34,551 bases of DNA from assembly GCA_964590575.1 (NCBI GenBank), contig CAZPWM010000024.1, positions 1 through 34,551 on the forward strand. Reading direction: 5' to 3'. A program made the position numbers and the translations under genes. The notes beneath the pieces are model-generated. The model made no database searches and was not told the origin of the DNA. It saw only the letters and a list, made by a program, of their open reading frames with translations. Source of the DNA: an uncultured archaeon (GTDB lineage Archaea > Asgardarchaeota > Thorarchaeia > Thorarchaeales > Thorarchaeaceae). This document shows positions 26,655 to 34,551 of this stretch, in pieces. Positions within the stretch are counted from its first letter, which is position 1. Every line of letters starts with the position of its first letter.

Positions 26655-26818
26655 TTTTGTTTCCTCTGATTAATAATAGAATGATCTCGATAGCTCATGA
26701 TAGGAATATGGCTCTTTCACTCACAGCAGCCGAGTATAGTGATGATGTATTAACTTTGTCAATTATGAGAAAGAGAGATAAGGTCTGTATCATATCTGAG
26801 GTCAAGAGAGGCTGTGTG

Positions 26819-27268
26819 ATGAACAATACTGATGAACGCATTGAGATCAAAAGTATACTTGTCGCAGTTGACGGCTCAGAATACTCACTGAAGGCAGTTC
26901 GGTACGCGTGTGCAATGGGTCCTCTTTTGGGGGCAGATGTTGTTTTGCTTCATGTTGTACCAATGCTTGTGTCCGCCACACCTTATCACGACACAGTTTC
27001 AGACCAACCGTTCCTAGCACTTCAGAAAGTGGGTGAAGACATTCTCGCTCGTGCGAAGGCTATAGCAAATGATTGTAACTGTCAAGCCATCGACTTAATA
27101 TCACACGGAGATCCTGCCTCGAAGATTATCGACATTGCAAGCGAGAGAAATACTGACCTTATCATTATTGGTTCTCGCGGAGTTAGTGGTATCCGCAGAT
27201 TGTTCGTGGGGTCAATCAGCACCAAAGTTGCAAGACAGGCACACTGTCCTGTAATGATTGTACGATGA
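26819..27268 (+). CDS. Universal stress protein (UspA family)
   Basis: ILVAVDGSEYS, LLHVV, GDPASKII, IIIGSRGVSG...GSIS, CPVMIVR. Start placed at the ATG at 26819 (149 aa). Confidence 0.94.
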   Translation: MNNTDERIEIKSILVAVDGSEYSLKAVRYACAMGPLLGADVVLLHVVPMLVSATPYHDTVSDQPFLALQKVGEDILARAKAIANDCNCQAIDLISHGDPASKIIDIASERNTDLIIIGSRGVSGIRRLFVGSISTKVARQAHCPVMIVR

Positions 27269-27298
27269 ATCAGAAAGACCAGGATGTGAATTCATTCA

Positions 27299-28555
27299 GT
27301 GGTCAATTCTGAAAGGTATGGCATTTCAGTTGATATTGGCACCACAAACATAACGATTCACCTTACCAATCTAGAAAACGCAAAACTCCTGAGAGAGATA
27401 ATAATTAGGAACCCGCAGCGTGAGTATGGCGAAGAGATCATATCTCGTATCGATTTTGCAAGGACCCCAGAGAACGCATCGTTATTAACAAGTCTTGTTC
27501 GTGAGAGCGTCAATAATGGTATATCTATTATTCTTCGAGATTCAAAATGCGAACGGGATTTAGTTGATTCAGTAGTTATTGTCGGGAACACTGTGATGCA
27601 CCATTTGTTCTTTGGATTTTCAACGGATTCCCTTCTGAAGCCTCCTTACAAAGCAGAACGCAAAAACTCCTTACTAATCAACCCTATTGAAGTTGGTCTA
27701 AATCTGCATGATAGCACGCTATGTTACTCACCACCCCTGATTGAATCATTCGTGGGCGCTGATGCCGTGGCAATGATGATTGCAAGTGGATTCTTGGATT
27801 CAGACTCAAGTTTGGTTTCTATAGATGTTGGCACAAACACCGAGATCGCTGTACTCAATGATGGGAAGATATGGGTCGCCTCCGCAGCCTCTGGACCTGC
27901 TTTCGAGGGGATGTCCATCGAATGTGGAACGCCCGGAGAATATGGTGCCATCAATCGCGTTCTGGTAAATCCTCACGACTACAAACCGCAAATATCGGTT
28001 TTAGGCGGGGGTAAGCCAACTGGTATTTGCGGAACCGGTGTTATTTCAGCGATTGCTAGTATGCTTGAAACAGGGATTCTGTTTCCAAGGGGTTCATTTA
28101 ACAGAGATTTGAACACATCTTGGCTAGTTACTGATCAAACAATAGTTCACTATATCCTCTCAACAGCATCTGAATCCGCCTCTGGCACCAACATCATCCT
28201 GACACAGCTAGATATCCGCATGATACAACAATCGAAGGCATCAATTCGTGCTGCACTTGAACTGGTTCTTCAAAAAGCAGGATTGGATACTTTTGATGTA
28301 AGTACGCTTTATCTCACGGGTATTTTCGGTTCAGGTCTGGTTCTCGATAATGCAATTCGGATTGGTCTACTACCTGAGATGCCTGGTGCTGAGGTGAAAC
28401 AAGTGTGTGGAGGTGCCAGTCTAGGAGCTGATTTGTTGCATAGCTCAGACTTTCAAGATTTTGCCAAAGCTCTAGTTGCAAAATCAAATTACATAGAATT
28501 GAGCGACAACAATGAATTCAAGAGAAGATTTGCTGAGCATTTACCCTTTTCCTAG
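27299..28555 (+). CDS. ASKHA-domain RACo-family (DUF4445) corrinoid reductive activator-like protein, lacking the ferredoxin domain
   Basis: DIGTT, GEEIISRI, GNTVMHHLF, FVGADA, IDVGTNTEI, GPAFEG, GICGTG, TQLDIR, YIELS; 418 aa with no Fe-S Cys motif. Confidence 0.88.
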   Translation: MVNSERYGISVDIGTTNITIHLTNLENAKLLREIIIRNPQREYGEEIISRIDFARTPENASLLTSLVRESVNNGISIILRDSKCERDLVDSVVIVGNTVMHHLFFGFSTDSLLKPPYKAERKNSLLINPIEVGLNLHDSTLCYSPPLIESFVGADAVAMMIASGFLDSDSSLVSIDVGTNTEIAVLNDGKIWVASAASGPAFEGMSIECGTPGEYGAINRVLVNPHDYKPQISVLGGGKPTGICGTGVISAIASMLETGILFPRGSFNRDLNTSWLVTDQTIVHYILSTASESASGTNIILTQLDIRMIQQSKASIRAALELVLQKAGLDTFDVSTLYLTGIFGSGLVLDNAIRIGLLPEMPGAEVKQVCGGASLGADLLHSSDFQDFAKALVAKSNYIELSDNNEFKRRFAEHLPFS

Positions 28556-29040
28556 TAGATAAGCTCCTCCTCATGGAAAATTTCTCCGCGTCGAGTTCTT
28601 GATGAAGAGAGTGGTCTCCCATCCTTTGTTCTCACTCTTGGAATTATTATGATGTGAAACCTCCTTAGTCCATTGTCAATTCGCATCTGGTTGATGTCAA
28701 AAGCATTTTGAACAACTCCGATTTCGTCAGATATAATCAGGGCTTCTAAGTCAACCATCTTGTCAGCACCACCCTCTGTTGTTTCAATTGGGAAAATGCT
28801 TGACCTCTCAATCTCGAACTCGGATTGGATGAACTTCTCCAACTCTGTATACCGTTCATTGTAAGATTGAATGAGCTTTCTATCACTCTTGTAAGCCAGC
28901 ATTTGGTCGGTTGTTAATCCAAATGCTACGGTCTTACTGAGTTTGAATGCTGTTCGAATAATATGCTTATGTCCCTCGTGTAGATGGTCGAATGTGCCAG
29001 CAAATACTACTTTGTTGTATTGCCAGCAATTCGACTCCAG
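28552..29040 (-). CDS. coaD: Phosphopantetheine adenylyltransferase, archaeal/eukaryotic type; start uncertain (CTG proposed)
   Basis: Manual translation upstream of the ORF-track ATG gives LESNCWQYNKVVFAGTFDHLHEGHKHII...GLTTDQ-MLAYK...SYNER...LSSSRTRRGEI, with the GTFDxLHxGH motif. No in-frame ATG/GTG/TTG precedes the motif. Confidence 0.88.
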   Translation of the reverse strand: MESNCWQYNKVVFAGTFDHLHEGHKHIIRTAFKLSKTVAFGLTTDQMLAYKSDRKLIQSYNERYTELEKFIQSEFEIERSSIFPIETTEGGADKMVDLEALIISDEIGVVQNAFDINQMRIDNGLRRFHIIIIPRVRTKDGRPLSSSRTRRGEIFHEEELIY

Positions 29041-29043
29041 AAC

Positions 29044-31035
29044 CTACACACTCCTAGAATCAATAATCCCTGCTTCTGTGAGGTCCTTTACTATCTCGAT
29101 CATTTTAACTGGCTCTATCTCTTTGAATTGGAAGCAGATCATGTCCCAGATGATATCTAGAGATGTCCAGTCCTTTGCCATGTTGAGCATCTCGTCGATT
29201 GACGCGAAAATTCGCTCACGCTCTTCACTCATTTTCCTGTACTCATCTGCTTTTTCACCTAAGCTTGTCATGAAGAACCCAGGACTCATTGCATGGTCAT
29301 GAATTCGCTTTACTTCAATTCCAAAACTTTCAGCATCAAGACTAATCTGGTCTTCCTGCATCGCCTCAAGTCCAACTTCAGCACAAGCACCCTCATACGC
29401 CTTTCTAGCTACAACCATCTCTGTGGTATAGACCATCTGAAGACTTGTCTTGAGGGACTGTCGAAGAGCTTCTTGTTCTGAAATGAGTGACCATTCCTCA
29501 GTGGCTCTGTCAAGGGTTTCTTGTCCAAGATCATGAGCGAGACCCAACCAGCGTAGGACTCGTGGATAGAGCTTCTCAGGGTCTCCAAGACAACGTGAGA
29601 GTTCAGTCACGCCGCGCAGACTCACTTCTTGCATCAGTTCTACAAACTCGTTTCTACACACAGTAAGGATTGTTTCTTCATAGACATGTTTTGGAAGAAC
29701 CAATGATAGAGCTGAGAGGGCTCCTATACGAGATGCATAACCCATCTGTCGTGTGTCCAATTTATCAGCTGTGTCTGTTGATGTGTGATAGAATCTGTCT
29801 GGGTCTTGATTTAGCATGACTGCTGGAATCCCAACAGTGCTGTCCGTCAACATAAAGTGGTCGCTACCTGCTGAGTATCGACTGTATTTATATGGCAATG
29901 GGGCAACCATGCCGCCCTCGCGTCTCTCATCTTTCCTTTCAGCTTCCTTCTGCTGCCAATATCTCACGACATTGTTCAAAGTGCTTGGTAACGAAAAAGG
30001 TGTTCGAAATAGATGAAGGACTGAACCTGCTTTTGTAGGGTCTGCTCCCACCATGTCTAGATTAATCATTGCCTTACAACGGTTGAGAATGTCTTTCTCA
30101 TTTTCAATGAACTGAATAGTACCTGACCATTCAGGTATCCAGAGGAATCTGATTGAGAATACTGGCTTTGGAATCTTCTCTTCTTTGATTAGTTGAGATA
30201 ATGCCCGTAGAATCTCCAGGAGCGCCCCACTACCTGAGGCATTATCATTTGCTCCTGGATGCGGGTGGCATACATGAGCTGCTAACCAAATCTCCTTGGA
30301 TTTGTCTTCACCTGGAAGTAGGGCTGAGAGGACCTGAAGCTTGCCCACGCTGAGTGTTGCATCAACCTTAGCTTTCACACGAACTACCTTTCCTTCCAGA
30401 AGCCATTGTTTCATCTTCACGCCGTCGCCTTGTTTCAATGCAAAACCAAACGTAGTTTTTTCTTTTTCATTAGCACTAGGCCAGATAGCATCATATCGTC
30501 TCAGCTCTGCGATTTCGTCAACTCCTTTTGGAGGTACAAATGTCAGTACACCAGCAGCGCCATGTTTGATGCAAGCTTCTTGGTGAACGAGTCGAGCTAG
30601 ACTCTCGGTCAAGGCTAAATTTCCTTTCACAACTTTTCCTTCGTAATCTGCCGCTCTGAGTCCCTTACCAACATAGACGACATCTGTTTCAATCTCCGTT
30701 TGAGTTGAATGTGCAACCAAAGAGATTGGTTCTGTACTGAAGTCTGCTAGTGTTTTTTCTTCGGGCTCAAGTAGCTCAAGTTTTCCAAATTTCGCTTCCC
30801 ATCCGAATGGGTTTTGCCAAGTACCGATTTGGATTTTCCCATCTGCAGGGTATTCAAACACCTTCACCTTAGCGTCTGAAATGGTGGCGATGGTGTCCTT
30901 AAGATATTCAATTGAATCTGAGAATCCTGGACTAGCCTGAATTCTATGAAATCTAGAGATTGCCGTAGCATAATCCTTTGCGCTGATTCCAGAAATGTTG
31001 TCTGTTACAGCTTTGACGATGTGTTCTGGTAGCAT
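29044..31035 (-). CDS. M28-family peptidase with PA domain (DUF4910-like)
   Basis: FHRIQASPG, AHVCHPHPGANDNASG, RFLWIPEW, INLDMVG, GSDH, FYHTSTD. Confidence 0.9.
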   Translation of the reverse strand: MLPEHIVKAVTDNISGISAKDYATAISRFHRIQASPGFSDSIEYLKDTIATISDAKVKVFEYPADGKIQIGTWQNPFGWEAKFGKLELLEPEEKTLADFSTEPISLVAHSTQTEIETDVVYVGKGLRAADYEGKVVKGNLALTESLARLVHQEACIKHGAAGVLTFVPPKGVDEIAELRRYDAIWPSANEKEKTTFGFALKQGDGVKMKQWLLEGKVVRVKAKVDATLSVGKLQVLSALLPGEDKSKEIWLAAHVCHPHPGANDNASGSGALLEILRALSQLIKEEKIPKPVFSIRFLWIPEWSGTIQFIENEKDILNRCKAMINLDMVGADPTKAGSVLHLFRTPFSLPSTLNNVVRYWQQKEAERKDERREGGMVAPLPYKYSRYSAGSDHFMLTDSTVGIPAVMLNQDPDRFYHTSTDTADKLDTRQMGYASRIGALSALSLVLPKHVYEETILTVCRNEFVELMQEVSLRGVTELSRCLGDPEKLYPRVLRWLGLAHDLGQETLDRATEEWSLISEQEALRQSLKTSLQMVYTTEMVVARKAYEGACAEVGLEAMQEDQISLDAESFGIEVKRIHDHAMSPGFFMTSLGEKADEYRKMSEERERIFASIDEMLNMAKDWTSLDIIWDMICFQFKEIEPVKMIEIVKDLTEAGIIDSRSV

Positions 31036-31097
31036 AGTATCCTCTCACAGTGAAAAATTCGAGAGTATTCTCACATAAGTAGTCTGCGACTCATGCT

Positions 31098-31162
31098 AAA
31101 AAAAATTAGGTATGACAAAAATGCCTTCACCGGAGGTATGTTATCTACCTCCGGTTGCGTTT
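31098..31162 (-). terminator. Stem-loop plus T-tracts 3' of ferritin
   Basis: ACCGGAGGTA-TGTTATC-TACCTCCGGT (31129-31155, perfect 10 bp), followed on the minus strand by T5 and T8 runs. Confidence 0.7.
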
Positions 31163-31184
31163 TGGAAGCGTGTAATCTAAACAG

Positions 31185-31712
31185 TTACGGGGCTATTGAA
31201 GATGCGGGAACAGGAGGCGCTGGTGGACGAGCAGCTACCTGAGCATCAATTTGTAATAAAGCTGGTAGTGAGTCCCCAATCTGCTTGAGTCTGTCACGAA
31301 GCTCCATTGTATTGGCTTCTTCCTCAGTTTGTTCATTGTAAAACCAGTGCAGCATTGACTGAGCTGATCTGTCACCCAACCTATCAGCAATGTCACCAAT
31401 CTTGTAAATTCTCTCAGTGACGATTGTTTCGTGATGGTAAGCAACCGCGAAGACATCATGAGCTGATTTCCATTCGGTCGCTGGGGCATCAATCTGTTTC
31501 ATTATAACTCTGGCTCCACGTTCTGTTAGATGTCTGTAGAATCTCATAGCGTGGTTAAATTCTTCTTGATATTGTACTTCCATCCAATGTGCCATGCCTT
31601 TGAGATTTTGACTCTCAAACCACGCGCCCATTGAGAAGTAGATGAATGCGCTATATAACTCAAAATTGATCTGATCGTTTATTGCGTCAACTAGTTCTTG
31701 ACTAATTTTCAT
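31185..31712 (-). CDS. ftnA: Non-heme ferritin
   Basis: INDQINFELYS..Y, EEFNHA, HETIVT..I, WFYNEQTEEE ferroxidase ligands. ATG at 31712 with GAGGTG SD. Confidence 0.96.
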   Translation of the reverse strand: MKISQELVDAINDQINFELYSAFIYFSMGAWFESQNLKGMAHWMEVQYQEEFNHAMRFYRHLTERGARVIMKQIDAPATEWKSAHDVFAVAYHHETIVTERIYKIGDIADRLGDRSAQSMLHWFYNEQTEEEANTMELRDRLKQIGDSLPALLQIDAQVAARPPAPPVPASSIAP

Positions 31713-31723
31713 TATTGTGCACC

Positions 31724-31763
31724 TCAACTTTCATGTTGATTTCTTCAACTCTCAGTTGATTTC
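31724..31763 (-). promoter_or_regulatory. Tandem palindromes in the ferritin leader
   Basis: TCAAC-TTTCAT-GTTGA (31724-31739) and TCAAC-TCTCA-GTTGA (31745-31759), each followed by TTTC on the plus strand. Confidence 0.6.
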
Positions 31764-31788
31764 ACTTCACGATAGTAAACTCTTTGTC

Positions 31789-31801
31789 TTTAAACTTTCG
31801 G
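31789..31801 (-). promoter_or_regulatory. BRE-TATA promoter of ferritin
   Basis: Minus strand reads CCGAAAG-TTTAAA, a canonical archaeal BRE plus TATA box; predicted TSS near 31765. Confidence 0.6.
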
Positions 31802-31910
31802 TAGGACAATAAGGAACCAAACCTTCCTTTCCGCTCCCACGTCTGTCCAACGAATCTTTTTCTTTAGGAATTCAAAGCGCAACTCAATATTTCGCCCGGA
31901 GTGATTGATA

Positions 31911-34551
31911 ATGACGTTAGAATACCTCACAGTTCTTACAATTATGTTCGAGTTTGTTCCCCCTTTGATTGTAACGCTTGCGTACTTTCTCTTCTTTAGA
32001 AAACGGAAGAGCAAGTTCATTGAGGCGTTCATTATCTTGATGTATCTAAAGACCGTGACATATTTTCTCATGAATATTGCACTATGGGGATATCATGTGG
32101 GGGCTAGTTTTGATGCCTTTGTGGATACAGGCATCTTGTCCTGGCTCTTCCTAACGGATCTGCTGTACCAATTCGTCACCTCACTTCAGGAATATATGAT
32201 CTGGGTGATGGTATCGTTTTTCGCAGCCCTGATCGGTATGTTTGTTCTGGCAGCCAAACTATCTCTCCAAGATCCACTGAAAATGAGGTTCAAGAATCTC
32301 ATTAGAAGTATTACACAGCATGAACCGGAGAGTGATGGATATTCAGGGTTTAGTGACCGTGTTTCACACATTGCTTTCGAAGGTGTGGAACCTCAGCCTT
32401 TGGATCCGGAAGTTCAAGCCAGTGCTTGGAAACATTCCTGGAAAGACTATCTTATCATTGGTTTGGCAACCGTTGTACCATCTATATCGGTCTATATTGG
32501 AAGTATACCTGAATTTATTGCAGGGACTCAGCGCGATGTCTACCTTGTAAATATCTACATCTTTCTCACATGGATATATCGATTCGGATACCCCGCATCA
32601 AATCGAATAGCGAAGAGTGCTGGTCTACGGTTAGGTAATCGTGACATTGGTGGAGAGATGATGCGTGGCGTACTTGGCTGGTTCTTTCGACTCAACATAG
32701 TGCTTAGCTTAGGTATCATCATATTACAATCCTATCAAGCACTTACATCTGGAGTGGCAAATATCATTAGCGTCTTAATGAGCTACTATAGACTAGGCTT
32801 AATCCTTGCGGTACCTCCAATCATCTTTGCAATCCTGATACTTCCTCTTGTCGAAGATTTCGCTGTTGGACTCTACAAGAAAATCTTTGACTCTATAACT
32901 CAGGTCAAAACCAAGGTATCAGGTATTAGCTTGGGTGGTGCCATCAGGAATTTTAGTGCTGGTGTTGGCACTGGTCTTGTTGTAGCAGGTGCCTTTGTAG
33001 CGGCAGTATTTGCAACGACAGTGAACTATGCTGTAGAACATGGACAATATCTTTTCTATCCCGGTCAAGTGGATGATGAGTTTATTAAAGGAGTACTACT
33101 CAATCCTGCCAGCAATATCCAGATGATTGGAGAAATAATCTGGTTATTGATTATACTATCTATTCCTTTCGCTATGATGATAGTTCTTGGAATCCTTGGC
33201 CACGTTGTAATAAAACGAACTGATCGAGGCATTGAATCATTCGCATTATTCTCTGGTGTGACTCTATCAGTAGTGACTTATTTCCTGCTTCCAAATTTGG
33301 ACTATATTGTCAATTTTGATATCACTCCCGCTAGATACCTCGGATTAATTTTCAACAGGTTGAGACCGGTTCTCGAATTACCAGAAGCCGATCAGCAGCT
33401 AGTCCGTCTTGCTTTACAGTTCATAATGAATCTTCCAATCTTTGTGTTCAGTGCGCTCTTCATTCTCTATTTCTTCAAATACCGAGAATCTTGGAGAGAA
33501 ACAATAGGTGAAACCGCCGGTCCTCTATTGAATGTGCACAGAAAGGACTTGGTTCAGTCAGCAGTTATGTTCTTTGGCGGCCTTGTGATTGCGATTTCGG
33601 GTGTGTGGGCAATATCAATAATACTCGCTAATCCGGAGTTAGTAAGGAATCTTCTCCAAGGCTTGCTATCAAAGATTGGCTCGCCTGATGGACTTGAAGG
33701 TGTTCTTCCTCCTCCTGCAGATTTTCTAAATCGAATCGATCCGATGGGTTGGTTTGTTGTTTTCATTGAGCACAATATGATTCGGACCATATTGATGCTA
33801 GTCATAGGACCAATATTCTGGTCAGCAGTCCTCTGGTTTACTGGAGTGAAGAAGACAGACTCTGAACAACGAATTGGTGTGTGGAGTATTGCGTCATTGT
33901 TTGTTGGTGGCGCAGCCACATATATTTGGACTGCATACGATGCAAACCTAGGATTGTACAACCCCCTAGATCCAAGGTGGGGGTTTGCAGCTCAATTGGG
34001 TCTTAGAGCACTCATTGTCTTTGGAGGAATGTTCTTACTCTTTGGATTGGTTGCATTGGTAAAAAATCGTGGAGGAAAAGGTTCAGGTGCATGGTGGTTC
34101 CCACTCTTCATCACCATTTTTGCGGCTGAATACTTCGTTTATGATGATCAGTTCACTTTGATTGCATTGATTGTGCTTCCAATGGCTATTGCTGCAGGGT
34201 ACAAACTGGTTGGCAAAGGAAAGGGTGAAGATTTCATTATTACTTTCATCAAGTTCAGCTTGATGTCCTTGGCAATTGCGGAAGTCCTCTCAACAGCATT
34301 GACACTTGGAGGAATTGCGATCATTGAGATTCAGTTCATAGGAATACGTCCTTGGGAGTTCCTAGCAAGGATTCTCCCTCATGCCATCGTCGAAATCCCG
34401 ACTTTCTTGGTTGCTGCCGCAGCATCAATCAGGATTGCCAAAGACCTATGGCCAACTATTGAAGCTGAGGACTGGGCATCAGTGCCCTCTAAGACTCGGT
34501 CTCTACTTGGTGATGAACGAACTTGGAGGACCTACGCATTAATCGTGTTCC
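31911..34551 (+). CDS. Large polytopic membrane protein with a C-terminal SpoIIM (DUF95)-like motif, 3'-truncated
   Basis: Not in the ORF track because it has no stop in the window. ATG at 31911 after GGAGTGA; MTLEYLTVLTIMFEFVPPLIV...; the same frame near the end reads ILPHAIVEIPTFLVAAAASIRI. Start, middle and end were translated by hand, and the track lists no closed ORF in this frame. Confidence 0.85.
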   Translation, partial: MTLEYLTVLTIMFEFVPPLIVTLAYFLFFRKRKSKFIEAFIILMYLKTVTYFLMNIALWGYHVGASFDAFVDTGILSWLFLTDLLYQFVTSLQEYMIWVMVSFFAALIGMFVLAAKLSLQDPLKMRFKNLIRSITQHEPESDGYSGFSDRVSHIAFEGVEPQPLDPEVQASAWKHSWKDYLIIGLATVVPSISVYIGSIPEFIAGTQRDVYLVNIYIFLTWIYRFGYPASNRIAKSAGLRLGNRDIGGEMMRGVLGWFFRLNIVLSLGIIILQSYQALTSGVANIISVLMSYYRLGLILAVPPIIFAILILPLVEDFAVGLYKKIFDSITQVKTKVSGISLGGAIRNFSAGVGTGLVVAGAFVAAVFATTVNYAVEHGQYLFYPGQVDDEFIKGVLLNPASNIQMIGEIIWLLIILSIPFAMMIVLGILGHVVIKRTDRGIESFALFSGVTLSVVTYFLLPNLDYIVNFDITPARYLGLIFNRLRPVLELPEADQQLVRLALQFIMNLPIFVFSALFILYFFKYRESWRETIGETAGPLLNVHRKDLVQSAVMFFGGLVIAISGVWAISIILANPELVRNLLQGLLSKIGSPDGLEGVLPPPADFLNRIDPMGWFVVFIEHNMIRTILMLVIGPIFWSAVLWFTGVKKTDSEQRIGVWSIASLFVGGAATYIWTAYDANLGLYNPLDPRWGFAAQLGLRALIVFGGMFLLFGLVALVKNRGGKGSGAWWFPLFITIFAAEYFVYDDQFTLIALIVLPMAIAAGYKLVGKGKGEDFIITFIKFSLMSLAIAEVLSTALTLGGIAIIEIQFIGIRPWEFLARILPHAIVEIPTFLVAAAASIRIAKDLWPTIEAEDWASVPSKTRSLLGDERTWRTYALIVF

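Noticed and set aside
26657-26818. 54-aa N-terminal extension on the USP
   Set aside because: It would fill the whole divergent promoter region; the USP fold starts at the ATG at 26819, which has an SD-like GAGG upstream.
28552-28902. PPAT as a 116-aa protein or pseudogene
   Set aside because: The intact GTFDHLHEGH N-terminus is present in frame upstream, with no stop.
31790-33961. ORF-track entries 31790..32071, 32186..32371, 32320..32550 and 33554..33961
   Set aside because: They are shadows of the long plus-strand CDS starting at 31911.
1-34551. CRISPR arrays, tRNA/rRNA genes, transposases, integrases and defence systems
   Set aside because: No regularly spaced repeats, cloverleaf motifs or matching protein signatures were seen by eye; intergenic gaps are short.

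Overview
Archaeal chromosomal segment of roughly 42% GC with dense, mostly housekeeping genes. I found no rRNA, tRNA, CRISPR array or mobile element. Archaeal-type markers (SAM synthetase, TrpRS, alpha2 GlyRS, PPAT, Nre-like protein, BRE/TATA promoters) occur with bacterial-type genes (NhaA, class II HMG-CoA reductase) and several eukaryote-like proteins. This mix suggests an Asgard archaeon, possibly Thorarchaeota (inference, no phylogeny run). About 32 CDS are supported, including two the ORF track misses or truncates: a >=880-aa SpoIIM-motif membrane protein running off the right end, and a PPAT whose HxGH-containing N-terminus has no ATG/GTG/TTG start. The most interesting items are: (1) an orphan 218-aa helical protein resembling eukaryotic CINP/C1orf109 of the 55LCC AAA+ complex; (2) a tail-to-tail pair of alpha-SNAP-like genes, one fused to two Ig-like domains; (3) twin TCAAC-N5/6-GTTGA palindromes in the predicted ferritin 5' UTR, one overlapping the ribosome-binding site; (4) the PPAT start anomaly, in frame behind the TAG of a peptidase gene; (5) a degenerate Nre paralogue; (6) a tandem pair of Zn-ribbon membrane proteins; (7) recurrent bacterial-style stem-loop terminators. 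Family calls rest on motifs recognised by eye and reference sequences recalled from memory, not on database searches.
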